A stretch of 64,000 bases of DNA from an uncultured Alphaproteobacteria bacterium (GTDB taxonomy: Bacteria; Pseudomonadota; Alphaproteobacteria; Sphingomonadales; Sphingomonadaceae), in NCBI GenBank assembly GCA_963847215.1, contig CAWJZA010000016.1, forward strand, positions 212,542-276,541, given 5' to 3'. Positions 19,169 through 30,234 of this stretch are shown in pieces. The notes under the pieces were generated by a model. That model searched no databases. It was given only the letters and a program-made list of their open reading frames with translations, and was not told the DNA's origin. Both the position numbers and the translations under genes were made by a program. Each line of letters begins with the position of its first letter. Position 1 is the stretch's first letter.

Positions 19169-20088
19169 CGCGCGTCCGCCACGATGCAGGCGTTGCCGCT
19201 GGCCTTGATCCGCGCGCACAGCGCTCTGGCCGCGTCCGGCGACGGCACGCCGGCGGCGCGCAGCCGGTACAGCGTCGCCCCGTCGCGGGTCACCGGCTCG
19301 ATATGCTTGGCCAGTCCCGACAGGGCGCCGTCGCCCGCCACCTTGGCCCAGGCGGCATCGGCCTTGTCGCGGGTCGAGAAGGCGCCGAGCTGAAGGGTGG
19401 CGCCGCCGCCCGCCGGAGTTGGCGCGGCCTCGGCGAGCGGGTCGTGGACCTTGGCCTTTGGTTCCGCCGGCTTGGCCTTGGGCGTGTCGGCAGCGGCGTC
19501 CGCCGGCGCGGGCTTCGGCTTGGCCTCGGTTTTCGCCGGCTTGGCTGGCGGCGGTGCGGCCGGCGGCGGGGCCGGCGCGACGACGGGCGCCGGCGCGATC
19601 GCCCGTGGCGCGTCGTTCCGCGCAGGCGTCACGGGAATCGGCGCGACCGCTCGCGGCGCGACATCGCTGCGCGGCGGGGCGTCGGCGCGCGGCGGGGGCA
19701 GCAGGTCGGTCGGCGCCCCCGTCGTCGGGCGAGCCAGCGGCTCCTCGGGCGTGTCGGCGGCGATGGCGCCGGGCTGTTCGCTGCCGCTGGCGATCGCCGC
19801 CACGCTGTCATCGATGCCGGTGATCTGCGCCCCGCCGGGATTGGCCGGCGCGACCTTGTACGGTCCCGGATCGGCGGCGATCAGCGGCGCATCTTCCGGC
19901 CGGGCATAGCCGGCCGAGCCGTCGCTCTTGTGGCCGGCGGCGAGGAACACGCCCAGCGCGACCAGCACCGCGAGCAGCACCGCGACCAGCCCGCCGCCAA
20001 TCAGCCGGGCACGGGGCACCAGCGTCGCCCGCTCCTCGCGCACGCCCTCGGCCAGCCACGGCACGTCGTCGTTGGGGGAGCGGGCCAT
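19165..20088 (-). CDS. SPOR domain protein (FtsN-like)
   Basis: TM segment, Pro/Ala linker, LQLGAFS...YRLR...C...C SPOR domain; conserved argS-SPOR-nagZ order. Confidence 0.85.
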   Translation of the reverse strand: MARSPNDDVPWLAEGVREERATLVPRARLIGGGLVAVLLAVLVALGVFLAAGHKSDGSAGYARPEDAPLIAADPGPYKVAPANPGGAQITGIDDSVAAIASGSEQPGAIAADTPEEPLARPTTGAPTDLLPPPRADAPPRSDVAPRAVAPIPVTPARNDAPRAIAPAPVVAPAPPPAAPPPAKPAKTEAKPKPAPADAAADTPKAKPAEPKAKVHDPLAEAAPTPAGGGATLQLGAFSTRDKADAAWAKVAGDGALSGLAKHIEPVTRDGATLYRLRAAGVPSPDAARALCARIKASGNACIVADAR

Positions 20089-21812
20089 CAGTGCATCTCC
20101 TCGGCCGGCTCGACCCCGATCACGCCGAGGCCGTTGGCGATGACTTGGCCGATGCCGCGCGCCAGCGCCAGGCGCGCGGACGTCAGCGGCAGATCGTCTT
20201 CGATCAGGAAGCGCCGCGCCGGATCGTCGTTGCCGCGGTTCCACAGCGAATGGAATGCCGCGGCGAGATCGTTCAGGTAGAAAGCGATGCGGTGCGGCTC
20301 GCGCGCCATCGCCGCCGCCTCTACCGTCTTCGGCCACTGCGCCGCCAATTTGACCAGGTCGAGCTCCTCGGCGTCGAGGCGGGAGAGGTCGGGCGGCGGC
20401 AGGACCATCCCCGCCGCCGCGGCGCGTCGCCCGAGCGAGGCAATGCGCGCATGGGCATACTGGACGTAGAAAACCGGATTGTCGCGCGACTGCTCGACCA
20501 CCTTGGCGAAGTCGAAATCGAGCTGGCTGTCGGCCTTCTTGGTCAGCATGATGAAGCGGACGACGTCCTTCCCCACCTCGCGCACGACGTCGGCGAGGGT
20601 GACGAACGACCCCGACCGCTTGCTCATCTTGACCGGCTCGCCGGCGCGGAACAGGCGGACCATCTGCACCAGCTTGACGTCGAGGGGCACGCGGCGCTCG
20701 GTCAGCGCAGCGACCGCGGCCTCGATGCGCTTGACCGTGCCGCCGTGGTCGGCACCCCAGATGTCGATCAGCGCGTCGGCCTGCCTTGCCTTCCAGTCGT
20801 GATTGGCGATGTCGATGCCGAAGTAGGTCCAGCTGCCGTCGGACTTGCGCACCGGCCGGTCCTGGTCGTCGCCGAACGCCGTCGAGCGGAACAGGGTCAG
20901 CGCCACCGGCTCCCAGTCGTCGCGCACCTCCCCCTTCGGCGCCTCGAGCACGCCTTCGTAGATCAGCCCCCGGCCGGCGAGCGTCGCCAGCGCCCGGTCG
21001 GCCGCGCCGTCGGCGACGATTGCCGCCTCGCTGGTGAAGACGTCGTGATGGATGCCGAGCAGGGCGAGATCGGCGCGGATCAGGTCCATCATCATCGCCA
21101 CGGCGCGGCTGCGGAACAGCGCCAGCCACTCCGCTTCCGGGCGCGCGGCATAGGCGTCGCCGAAATCGGCCGCGAGTTCCTGCCCCACCGGGATGAGGTA
21201 ATCGCCGGGGTAGAAACCTTCGGGGATCGTCACCTCGCCGCCCAGCGCCTCGAGGTAGCGCAGGTGCGCCGACCGGGCGAGGGTGTCGACCTGCGCACCG
21301 GCGTCGTTGATGTAATACTCGCGCGTCACCGCGAAGCCGGCATAAGCGAGCAGGTTCGCCAGCGCGTCGCCGACCACGGCGCCACGACAATGCCCCATGT
21401 GCATCGGTCCGGTCGGGTTGGCCGAAACATATTCGACATTGACCCGGCGCCCGGTGCCGAGGCGGGAGCGCCCATAGTCGCCCTGCGCGGCTAGGATCGT
21501 CGCCAGTTCGTCGGCCCAGACGCTACCCTTCAGCCGCAGGTTGAGGAAACCGGGCCCAGCGACCTCGGCGGCGGCGACGTCAGGGAGGTCGACGAGCGCC
21601 TGCGCCAGGGCGATAGCGATCTCGCGCGGCTTCATGCCGGCGGGCTTGGCCAGCACCATCGCGGCGTTCGTCGCCAGGTCGCCATGGCTCGGATCGCGCG
21701 GCGCTTCGACGGTGACGGCGCTGGTGTCGAGCCCGGAAGGCAGGTCGCCCGCGCGGACCAGCGCGGCGATCGCGTCGGCGACGTGGGCGGCATAGGTCTG
21801 GTAGACGGTCAA
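20088..21812 (-). CDS. argS: Arginine--tRNA ligase
   Basis: [38 protein letters not shown]; TTG start approximate. Confidence 0.96.
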   Translation of the reverse strand: MTVYQTYAAHVADAIAALVRAGDLPSGLDTSAVTVEAPRDPSHGDLATNAAMVLAKPAGMKPREIAIALAQALVDLPDVAAAEVAGPGFLNLRLKGSVWADELATILAAQGDYGRSRLGTGRRVNVEYVSANPTGPMHMGHCRGAVVGDALANLLAYAGFAVTREYYINDAGAQVDTLARSAHLRYLEALGGEVTIPEGFYPGDYLIPVGQELAADFGDAYAARPEAEWLALFRSRAVAMMMDLIRADLALLGIHHDVFTSEAAIVADGAADRALATLAGRGLIYEGVLEAPKGEVRDDWEPVALTLFRSTAFGDDQDRPVRKSDGSWTYFGIDIANHDWKARQADALIDIWGADHGGTVKRIEAAVAALTERRVPLDVKLVQMVRLFRAGEPVKMSKRSGSFVTLADVVREVGKDVVRFIMLTKKADSQLDFDFAKVVEQSRDNPVFYVQYAHARIASLGRRAAAAGMVLPPPDLSRLDAEELDLVKLAAQWPKTVEAAAMAREPHRIAFYLNDLAAAFHSLWNRGNDDPARRFLIEDDLPLTSARLALARGIGQVIANGLGVIGVEPAEEMH

Positions 21813-21988
21813 GATGGCTCCGGCGCAGCGGCAAAGCCCGTGACTAGCGGCAAAGCGGCGGCGGGTCACGCCCCGCTCCAACGGGCTTGCGACGATCGGC
21901 GACCGGTGCCCGGCGGGCGGTGGCCAGGTCGGTTGCGAGGACGCCGGCGGCGGCGTAGCGTCCGCCCGCTACGGGGGCAGGAGGAGCT

Positions 21989-22468
21989 ATGGCGCGACGG
22001 TTGGCAACGGCGGCGGCGGTCGCCGTCCTGCTGTCGGTATCGTCGACCCGGGCGGGCGTTCCTGCTTTTCGCCCGCGCGCGCACCAGCTGGTCTGCGAAT
22101 CGATCCATTTCCGCCGTCAGGAGTGCCCGGCCGATACCCGCGGCGGTATCCGTCTGCTGCAGCAGACGAGCGGCATCTGCACGCGCGGGGTGACGTGGGG
22201 CGCCTCGCCGCGCGCCGTCTGGGTGACAAACGGTTGTCGCGCGATCTTCGCGGTCGTGCCGGGACCGGGCGGCGGGCCGCCCCCGGCCGGCCGGCTGATC
22301 GTCTGCGAGTCGCAACCCGGCCAGCGCAGTCGCTGTGCCGCCCGCCTGACCCGGCGGCCGCGGATCGAGATCATCGCCGGAACCTGCCTCGAACACCGCG
22401 GCTGGGGATGGGACCGGAGCGGGGTGTGGGTTCGCAACGGTTGCCGCGCCCGCTTTCTCCTGGGCTGA
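21989..22468 (+). CDS. Secreted DUF3011 domain protein (two Cys-rich repeats)
   Basis: Signal peptide; two CES...C...C...WG...VWVxNGCRAxF repeats; GAGGAG RBS. Confidence 0.8.
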   Translation: MARRLATAAAVAVLLSVSSTRAGVPAFRPRAHQLVCESIHFRRQECPADTRGGIRLLQQTSGICTRGVTWGASPRAVWVTNGCRAIFAVVPGPGGGPPPAGRLIVCESQPGQRSRCAARLTRRPRIEIIAGTCLEHRGWGWDRSGVWVRNGCRARFLLG

Positions 22469-22504
22469 GCCCGGACGCTCGCGCCCTGCCGCGTCGCCGT
22501 GACG

Positions 22505-23660
22505 CTAGGGCAGGCCGTCTGCCGGCAGCGGGCTCGGGCCGACCAGCCGTTCATAGCGGTTGAGGGCATAGCGGTCGGTCATGCCGGCGATGAAGTCGCC
22601 GAGATGACGCGCCCGGTCGGGCTGGGTCGCCGGCAGTGTTTCGCGCCAGCGATCGGGCAGGCCGGCGGGATCGGCGGCAAGCGCGTCGAACAGGCCGGCA
22701 ACGACGATAAGGGCCGGGTCGCGCAGCCGGGCGACCTCCGGATGGGTGTACATCCGCGCCCGCAGGAAGCGCTTGAGCACGGCCGCCTCGGCCGCCATGG
22801 CCGGAGAGAAGGCAACCAGCGGACCGTCGGCACCGCGGACGTCGGCGATCGCGGCGACGTTGGCCAAGCGTGCGCGCGGTCTCGGTCAGCAGGTCGGCGA
22901 CCATTGCCCCGATCTGGTCGCGGATCAATTCGGGGATCAGGCGGCGGCGCTCGGCTAGACCCGGCCAGCGACGGGTCACCTGCGCCCATGCCGCGGCAAC
23001 GAAAGGCACGTCCGCCGCAACTTCCTCAAGGGTAAATAGTCCGGCGCGCAGGCCGTCGTCGAGGTCGTGGTTGTCATAGGCGATGTCGTCGGCGGCGGCC
23101 GCGACCTGGGCCTCCAGCCCGGGCCACGAGGCGAGCTCGAGCGGGAAGGCGGCGTCGACCTCGGCCAGCGCCCAAGGTGGCGTGGCGACCGGCCCGTTGT
23201 GCTTGGCCAGCCCCTCCAGCGTGTCCCAGCTCAGATTCAGGCCGTCGAAGCCGGGGTAACGCACCTCCAGCCGGGTCACGATCCGCAGTGTCTGGGCATT
23301 ATGATCGAAGCCGCCGAAGGGGGCGAGCGCGGCCGCCAGGGCGTCCTCGCCGGAATGACCGAAAGGTGGATGGCCGAGATCGTGCGCCAGCGCGCAGGCC
23401 TCGGCGAGATCCTCGTTCAGCCCCAGCGCCCGGGCGACCGTACGGGCGATCTGCGCCACTTCGAGACTGTGGGTCAGCCGGACGCGGAAATGGTCCCCGT
23501 CGGGACGCACGAACACCTGCGTCTTGTCGCGCAACCGACGAAAGGCGGATGAATGAATGATGCGGTCACGGTCGCGCTGGAAGGCGTCGCGGGTGGCGGA
23601 CGGCCCTTCGGGATGCATCCGGCCCCGGGATGCAGCCGGGTTGGCGGCGAGCGGGTTCAC
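22505..23660 (-). CDS. dgt: Deoxyguanosinetriphosphate triphosphohydrolase (frameshift near 22870)
   Basis: [51 protein letters not shown]. Confidence 0.92.
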
Positions 23661-24517
23661 GCCAGCCAGACGCTGCGCTGCGCAAAGTCGGTCACCAGTC
23701 CGAAGCGGCGCAGCAGGCGGACGCCGACGTTGGCGTCGCTGGCCGTCGGGCTTGCGTCGATCGCCGCCGGCACGTCGGCGAAGTCGCGGCCAGCGAGCGT
23801 CAGTCGGGCGAGGGTGAAGGTCGTCTGGCGGGTCTCGCCGCCGATGCCGCCGCCGGCGATGGTGCCGGTCGGCCGGCCGTCGAGCAGGCGGTGGCGAGCG
23901 GCGAAGGCGGCACCCACCAGCACCGTGCCGCCGTTGCCGAGATCGAAGTCGGCCTGCGCCGGGCGGCCTTCGACCGTGACCGGCACCGTTTCGATGCCGC
24001 GTCGCGCGGTCAGCGGCAGGCGCACACCCGCGGGGGCGTCGTCGCGCGAAATGGCTGCCAGCGTGCCGCCGTCGACGTCGATCGCCAGGCGCGCCGCATC
24101 GAACAGGTCGCGTCCGAGCACCAGCGGGATCGGCCCCTCGGCGAGCCGCCGGGCGATGTCCGACAGGTCGATGATGGCGATGTCGGCCGGGCGCAGGTGC
24201 AGCCCGGCGACGTCGATGCGAGCGCCCTTGACCAGCGTCGCCGCCGCTGTGGCCGCGCCGGTGCCCCGCGCCGTCACCGCGACGCCGCCTGTCAGCCCCA
24301 GTTGGGTTGCCAGGCGCGAATCGACGATCGAGGTCTCGGCCGCGGAATCGAGCAGCGCCTCGACGGCAAGGCCATCAATCGACGCCGGCACGAATATCCG
24401 GTCATGAGCGACGCGCAGGCGGACGCGCGCGGGCGCGCCGACCGGCTCCGGTCCCGCCACGGCAGGAGCGATCGCCATCGTCAGCGCCGCCGCCAGAAGA
24501 GCACGACGGTCGATCAC
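23657..24517 (-). CDS. Retropepsin-like aspartyl protease, two domains, with Tat-like leader
   Basis: [12 protein letters not shown] leader, ALLDSAA and DFDLGN motifs, VLGRDLF and NVGVRLL. Confidence 0.75.
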   Translation of the reverse strand: MIDRRALLAAALTMAIAPAVAGPEPVGAPARVRLRVAHDRIFVPASIDGLAVEALLDSAAETSIVDSRLATQLGLTGGVAVTARGTGAATAAATLVKGARIDVAGLHLRPADIAIIDLSDIARRLAEGPIPLVLGRDLFDAARLAIDVDGGTLAAISRDDAPAGVRLPLTARRGIETVPVTVEGRPAQADFDLGNGGTVLVGAAFAARHRLLDGRPTGTIAGGGIGGETRQTTFTLARLTLAGRDFADVPAAIDASPTASDANVGVRLLRRFGLVTDFAQRSVWLA

Positions 24518-24543
24518 TTCCCGGCGGCGGCCGACGCGCGCTC

Positions 24544-25668
24544 TCACAGCACCATCCCCGCGGCCGTCAGCGAGGCGATCCGCTCGGCGGAATAGCCGAT
24601 CGCGGCCAACACTTCCGCCCCGGCGAAAGCGGTCGCCATCGCCGGTGCGGCGGGTGCCGTCGCCGAATAGCGCGGCGCCGGCGCCGGCTGCACCACGCCG
24701 CCCGCGGTGACGAAGGTACCCCGCGCGGCGTTGTGCGGATGCGACGGCGCCTCGGCCATGCTCAGCACGGGCGCGAAGCAGACGTCGGTCATCTCGAGCA
24801 GGTCGCACCACTCGGCCCGCGTCCGCGTCAGGAACAGCGCCGTAAGCTTCGCCTTCAGCGGGCCCCAAGCCGCCCGGTCCATCTGCGCGTCGAACTCGGG
24901 ATCGGCGTCGAGGCCGGTCCGCGCGCGCAATTCGGCATAGAATTGCGGCTCGATACTGCCGATGCTCAGCCACAACCCGTCGGCGGTCGCATAGGTGTCG
25001 TAGAAATGCGCGCCGGTATCGAGCAGGTTGGTACCGCGCTCGTCCGACCACATCCCGTTGGCGCGAAAACCCCACATCATGCTCATCAGCAGCGCCGCGC
25101 CGTCGGTCATCGCCGCGTCGATCACCTGCCCCTGTCCGGTACGGCCGGCGTGGAGCAGCGCCGACACCATGCCGAAGGCGAGCAGCATGCCGCCGCCGCC
25201 GAAGTCGCCGACCAGGTTGATCGGCGGGGTCGGCTTCTCGCCCTCCCGGCCGAAGGCGTGCAGCGCCCCGGCGAGCGCGATATAGTTGATGTCGTGCCCG
25301 GCCGCGGCGGCATAGGGTCCGGTCTGGCCCCAGCCGGTCATGCGGCCATAGACCAGCCTCGGATTGTCGGCGAGCAACACGTCGGGCCCGAGTCCGAGCC
25401 GTTCGGTCACGCCGGGACGGAAGCCCTCGATTAGCCCGTCGGCCGAGCGCGCGAGGTCGCGGACGATGGCCACGCCCTCGGCGCGCTTGAGGTCGACCCC
25501 GATCAGCGTGCGCGACCGCAGCAGCGGGTCGCGCGCATCGACCCGTGCGCCCGGCCGGTCGACGCGGATCACCTCGGCGCCATGGTCGGCGAGCATCATG
25601 CCGGCGAACGGCCCCGGCCCGATACCAGCCAGCTCGATGATGCGGATGCCGGCGAGCGGCCCGGGCAT
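24544..25668 (-). CDS. CaiB/BaiF CoA transferase (alpha-methylacyl-CoA racemase-like)
   Basis: [36 protein letters not shown]. Confidence 0.92.
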   Translation of the reverse strand: MPGPLAGIRIIELAGIGPGPFAGMMLADHGAEVIRVDRPGARVDARDPLLRSRTLIGVDLKRAEGVAIVRDLARSADGLIEGFRPGVTERLGLGPDVLLADNPRLVYGRMTGWGQTGPYAAAAGHDINYIALAGALHAFGREGEKPTPPINLVGDFGGGGMLLAFGMVSALLHAGRTGQGQVIDAAMTDGAALLMSMMWGFRANGMWSDERGTNLLDTGAHFYDTYATADGLWLSIGSIEPQFYAELRARTGLDADPEFDAQMDRAAWGPLKAKLTALFLTRTRAEWCDLLEMTDVCFAPVLSMAEAPSHPHNAARGTFVTAGGVVQPAPAPRYSATAPAAPAMATAFAGAEVLAAIGYSAERIASLTAAGMVL

Positions 25669-25767
25669 GGTCGTCTCCTGTTTTTCCCGTCCTGCCACGC
25701 CGGACGAAAGCGGCCAAGCGATGACCGCGCCCCAGCCTTGTGCTAAAGTCGGGCAGAGGGGGCCTTC

Positions 25768-27471
25768 ATGTCGACGCCAGACGCGCTGCCGGCCGGTCAA
25801 CCCGCCGCGTTACCGCCTGCGCCCGGCCGGTCGCTTTCCGGATTCGACGATCCGGCGGCGGGGAAGACGCTGACCAAAGCGGAACGCAACCTGCTCGACG
25901 CCTGCGCCGCCGGCGTTCATGCCGCGCTCAACGATCCACGTACCGACGATCAACGCCGCGACAATCCGCTGCCGCGACCGACGGTCAAGGACGACGCGAC
26001 GATCGTCCACGCCGAGTTTCTCCGCTTCCTGATCCTCGGCGGCGACGCCGCCGCCCCGGTCAACGACCGCACCATCGACCTGTTCAACGCCGTCATCGTC
26101 GGCCAGCTCGACCTGACTGGGGCGGTAGTCACGCGCATCGTCCGCCTGATTGCGTGCGTCGTCGAGGAGACAATCCGGCTGGACTTTGCCGTCACCAAGT
26201 CGCTCGACTTCGCGCGCAGCGACCTAGTCCAAGGGATGTCGGCCGAGGGGTTGAAGTGCGAAGGCAGCCTGTGGCTGCGCGAGACCGACGCGCATGGATC
26301 GATCCGGCTGACGTCGGCGGCGATTGACGGCTTCCTGCTCGCCGAGGGCGCGAGCCTAACCGGAGCCGACCCGGCGGACTGGGCTCTGCTGGCGGACGGC
26401 ATGCACGTCGCGCGCACCTTCCGGCTCCACCGCGCCTTCGACGGCGGGCGGCGCGCGGCGACGGTTGACGGTGGCCTGTCGCTCGCCGGCGCGACGATCG
26501 ACGGCGACCTGTTGCTCGACGAGGCGAGCTTTCCCGCCATGCGCGGCAGCTACTCGCTCCTCGGACAGCGCGCGCTGGTCGGCGGCACCTTTAGCGTCAG
26601 GTCGATCGCCGCGATCGGCGGCATCGTCGACCTTACGGCGATGAAAGTCGCAATTCTCGCCGACGACATGGCGAGCTGGCGACAGGCTTCCGGGCGGCTG
26701 CTCCTCGACGGCTTTGTGTATGACCGGCTGGCGAGCAATGCGTTCACCGAGGCCGAGGAGCGGCGGCAGTGGCTCGACTGCCAGACGAAGGAAGGCAAGA
26801 CGTTCCGCCCCCAGCCGTGGGACCAGCTGATCGCGACGTTGCGGGCCGGCGGCCATCCGCTCGATGCGACGCGGCTGGCGATCATGAAAGAGGATGCCTA
26901 CCGCGCGGCGGGCAAGGTGCGCGGGCTGCGCCGGCCGGTCCACTGGTTGTGGGGCAAGTCGGTCAGCTACGGCTATCGGCCCGAAAACCTGGCGACGTGG
27001 CTGTTCGCGCTGTGGGCGGGGGCGGCGCTGGTCTATGCGCTGGCTGCGCCGGTGTCGATCGATGATGTCCGGCGCGCGCCCGATCCGCGCGCGCGCGTCG
27101 CTGCCGACCTGCTGGTGCCGGCAAAGGCAGCGGTCGACCCCAACTGCCTCGCCGCTCGTGCGGCGTCGCGCACCGCCGCACCGTGCCCGAGGCTGCCCGA
27201 GCGCGGGGAGTTCAGCGCCGTCGCCTTCTCCAGCGACAACCTCGTGCCCGGCCTGAAGCTTGGCGCGGCGGACGACTGGACCTTCAACTGGCACACCGCG
27301 TGGTTGCGTTTGTCGCCGGCGGCTTGGCGCGGCATCGTCGTGCCGCCCGCCCATGACTGGGCGGTGGCCGCGCTGTTCCTGCTGGTTTGGCTCGAACGCA
27401 TCGCCGGCGGCATCGGCTTCGGCGTCCTCGGCGTGACGGTTGCCGGCTATCTGTTCAAAGGCCGCGGGTAA
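25768..27471 (+). CDS. Hypothetical membrane protein: repetitive beta-solenoid N-region plus C-terminal TM region
   Basis: Repeated GxLxLxxAxIxG units; [21 protein letters not shown] motifs; two TM segments flanking FSSDNLVP. Confidence 0.75.
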   Translation: MSTPDALPAGQPAALPPAPGRSLSGFDDPAAGKTLTKAERNLLDACAAGVHAALNDPRTDDQRRDNPLPRPTVKDDATIVHAEFLRFLILGGDAAAPVNDRTIDLFNAVIVGQLDLTGAVVTRIVRLIACVVEETIRLDFAVTKSLDFARSDLVQGMSAEGLKCEGSLWLRETDAHGSIRLTSAAIDGFLLAEGASLTGADPADWALLADGMHVARTFRLHRAFDGGRRAATVDGGLSLAGATIDGDLLLDEASFPAMRGSYSLLGQRALVGGTFSVRSIAAIGGIVDLTAMKVAILADDMASWRQASGRLLLDGFVYDRLASNAFTEAEERRQWLDCQTKEGKTFRPQPWDQLIATLRAGGHPLDATRLAIMKEDAYRAAGKVRGLRRPVHWLWGKSVSYGYRPENLATWLFALWAGAALVYALAAPVSIDDVRRAPDPRARVAADLLVPAKAAVDPNCLAARAASRTAAPCPRLPERGEFSAVAFSSDNLVPGLKLGAADDWTFNWHTAWLRLSPAAWRGIVVPPAHDWAVAALFLLVWLERIAGGIGFGVLGVTVAGYLFKGRG

Positions 27472-27519
27472 GTCGCGGCAGTCCCGCGAACCCGGGCCGA
27501 CGTCGACCCGGGGCGAGCC

Positions 27520-28884
27520 TCAGTTCGACGCCTGCTTCTTGAAGAACGACGGGATCGCCACTTCTGGCTCGCTCGCCTCCGGTTCCGGGGCCAGCGTCGT
27601 CGGCGTGGGCCGCGGTGCCGGCTTGCGGCTGAGGTTCATCATTTTCTCGAACAGCGTCAGCGGCCGTTCCTCCACCTCGGCCACGGCCACCGGCGCGGGC
27701 GGCGGCGGGGGGGCAGGGGCGGCGACGACAGCGACCGGTTCGGGCAGCAGTTCCGGCTCGTCAACGATGTCGTCGAGGCTGAGGTCGAGCGCCGGCTCGA
27801 CCGCCGGTTCGGGCATCGGCTCGGGCTCCGGCAGCGGCCGCGTCGACACCGCCGGGAACGCGGCCGCGGCGCTGGCGAAGGGCGAAGTCGGCCGCAGCGT
27901 GCTGACCGCAGGCGTCCGCGCGACGACGTCGATACCGGTGGCGACGACCGATACGCGCATGACGCCGTTCAATTCGGGATTGAAGGCGCTGCCGACGATG
28001 ATGTTGGCTTCGGGATCGACCATCTCGCGGATGTGCGTCGCCGCCTCGTCGACTTCCATCAGGCGCAGGTCGTCGCCGCCGGTGATGTTGATGATGACGC
28101 CCTTGGCGCCGCGCATCGATACCTCGTCGAGCAGCGGGTTGGCGATCGCCTTCTCCGCCGCCTCGATCGCGCGGTGATCGCCGCTCGCTTCGCCGGTACC
28201 CATCATCGCCTTGCCCATCTCGCTCATCACCGTGCGGATGTCGGCGAAGTCGAGGTTGATGAGGCCGGGCATGATCATCAGGTCGGTGATGCCGCGGACG
28301 CCCTGGTGGAGCACCTGGTCGGCCATCGCAAAGGCGTCCTTGAACGTCGTGTTGGCGTTGGCGATCAGGAACAGGTTCTGGTTGGGGATGATGATCAGCG
28401 TGTCGACGTGCTTCTGCAGCTCGACGATACCGTCCTCGGCCGAGCGCATCCGCTTCAGCCCCTCGAAAGCGAAGGGCTTGGTGACGATGCCGACGGTCAG
28501 AATGCCCTTCTCGCGCGCGGCGCGGGCGACAACCGGCGCTGCGCCGGTGCCCGTGCCGCCACCCATGCCGGCGGCGATGAAGCACATATGGCAGCCGTCG
28601 AGCGCGGCCTCGATCTGATCGATCGTTTCCTCGGCCGCCGCCCGCCCGATCTCCGGGCGCGAGCCGGCACCCAGCCCTTGCGTGATCTGCAGGCCAAGCT
28701 GGATGCGCGTTTCGGCCTGGCTGATGGCGAGGCTCTGCGCATCGGTGTTCGCGACGACGAAGTCGACGCCCTGAAGGTTGGAGTTGATCATGTTGGTGAC
28801 GGCGTTGCCGCCGGCCCCGCCGACGCCGATGACGGCGATCCGCGGCTTGAGTTCGGTCAGCTCCGGCCGCTTGAAGTCCACCAT
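27520..28884 (-). CDS. ftsZ: Cell division protein FtsZ
   Basis: [26 protein letters not shown]-terminal IPSFFKKQ. Confidence 0.98.
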   Translation of the reverse strand: MVDFKRPELTELKPRIAVIGVGGAGGNAVTNMINSNLQGVDFVVANTDAQSLAISQAETRIQLGLQITQGLGAGSRPEIGRAAAEETIDQIEAALDGCHMCFIAAGMGGGTGTGAAPVVARAAREKGILTVGIVTKPFAFEGLKRMRSAEDGIVELQKHVDTLIIIPNQNLFLIANANTTFKDAFAMADQVLHQGVRGITDLMIMPGLINLDFADIRTVMSEMGKAMMGTGEASGDHRAIEAAEKAIANPLLDEVSMRGAKGVIINITGGDDLRLMEVDEAATHIREMVDPEANIIVGSAFNPELNGVMRVSVVATGIDVVARTPAVSTLRPTSPFASAAAAFPAVSTRPLPEPEPMPEPAVEPALDLSLDDIVDEPELLPEPVAVVAAPAPPPPPAPVAVAEVEERPLTLFEKMMNLSRKPAPRPTPTTLAPEPEASEPEVAIPSFFKKQASN

Positions 28885-28941
28885 ATCTCGTCTCCCTCGT
28901 CGGTACGCATACTACACGCAGTAATCCTGCTCCAACCCTGA

Positions 28942-30234
28942 TCAGAGGCTCGAGCGCAACTTATCCACCATTTGTTGAAGCCGTCCGCCCTTGGTTCCCG
29001 GCCGCGGCGTGCCCGGCGGCAGCTTCGCGTTCCACAGGTCGGGCAGGTCGGCGGCGGCGAACAAGGCCAGCCCCGCCAGCGTCGCGAAGGCGCTGCTCGA
29101 CTGGGCGTCGGGCAATCCCGTCAGGCCGCGCGGCCGCCCGACGCGGACGTTCTTGCCGAGCAGCCCCTGGGCGAAGTCGGCGATCGACTTGATCTCGGCA
29201 CCGCCGCCGGTCAGCACCACCTGCCGCGCCTGCGGACCGGCAAAACCCAGTTGCGGCAGCCGGGTCGCGACCTCGCCGAACAACAGGTCGAGACGGTGGC
29301 GGACGATGCCAATCAGCTGGGCGCGCGGCACGCGGGTCGTCTCGCTGCCCTCCTCGTCACTGATCGGCGGGATCTCGATCAGATCATGGTTGTCCTTCTG
29401 CGCCGTAATCGCTGCGCCATAGAGGGTCTTCAGCCGCTCGGCATGGCTGCGCCGCGTGGCGAAGGCGCTGGCGATGTCGTTGGTGATGTCGCCGGCACCC
29501 ATCGGCACGCTCGCGACACCGACCAGCTGGCCCATCATGTGCACCGCGATGTTGGTCACGCCGGCGCCGATCTCGATTAGCGCGACGCCGAGATCGCGCT
29601 CCTCGCGGGCAAGCACCGCGAGGCTGGAGGCGGCGGGCGAGGCGACCATCGTGCGGACACCGAGGTGGGCGCTGCGGACGGCGAGGTCGAGGTTGCGGAT
29701 CGGCGGGGTGTCGGCGGTGACGATGTGGATGTCCATGCCGAGCCGGTCGGCGTGGAAGCCGACCGGGTTCTCGACGAACGTGCCGTCGACTGCATACAGC
29801 GCCGGCTGGGCGTGGAGTACGGTGCGATTTCCGGGGTCGATCCGGGCGCGACCGGCGGCAAGCAACGTCGGCCATGTCGCTGTCGGCGATTCGATGGCCG
29901 CCGATGTCGATCTCGACGTTCTCGACCTCGCTGCGCAGGGCGCCGGCGGACATGTTGACATAGACTTCGCCGGCCTGGACGCCGGCGTTGCGCTCGGCCT
30001 GGTCGACAGCGGCGCGGACCGCCGCTTCGGTCTTCTCCATGTCGGCGACGAGGCCGCGGCGGACGCCCTGGCAGACCCGCTGACCGACACCGATGACGCG
30101 CGGGTCGGCGCCCTTGCCCGCGCCGCCCGGCCGACCAGCGCGATCAGCGCGGCGACCTTCGACGTGCCGACGTCGAGCACGGTGATCGTGCGCTCGCCGC
30201 GCGCGGTCGGACGGGGCGCCTTGGGCGACGTCAT
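28942..30234 (-). CDS. ftsA: Cell division protein FtsA (two compensating internal frameshifts)
   Basis: LDVGTSKV, EIGAGVT, AERLKT, VLTGGG; about 85 codons read correctly only in the alternate frame. Confidence 0.93.
   Translation of the reverse strand: MTSPKAPRPTARGERTITVLDVGTSKVAALIALVGRAARARAPTRASSVSVSGSARASAAASSPTWRRPKRRSAPLSTRPSATPASRPAKSMSTCPPAPCAARSRTSRSTSAAIESPTATWPTLLAAGRARIDPGNRTVLHAQPALYAVDGTFVENPVGFHADRLGMDIHIVTADTPPIRNLDLAVRSAHLGVRTMVASPAASSLAVLAREERDLGVALIEIGAGVTNIAVHMMGQLVGVASVPMGAGDITNDIASAFATRRSHAERLKTLYGAAITAQKDNHDLIEIPPISDEEGSETTRVPRAQLIGIVRHRLDLLFGEVATRLPQLGFAGPQARQVVLTGGGAEIKSIADFAQGLLGKNVRVGRPRGLTGLPDAQSSSAFATLAGLALFAAADLPDLWNAKLPPGTPRPGTKGGRLQQMVDKLRSSL

Noticed and set aside
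19165-25717. Long ORFs 19165-21390 and 23657-25717 as large proteins
   Set aside because: Their Arg/Gly-rich N-terminal parts are alternate frames of argS and caiB; only the C-terminal parts are real genes
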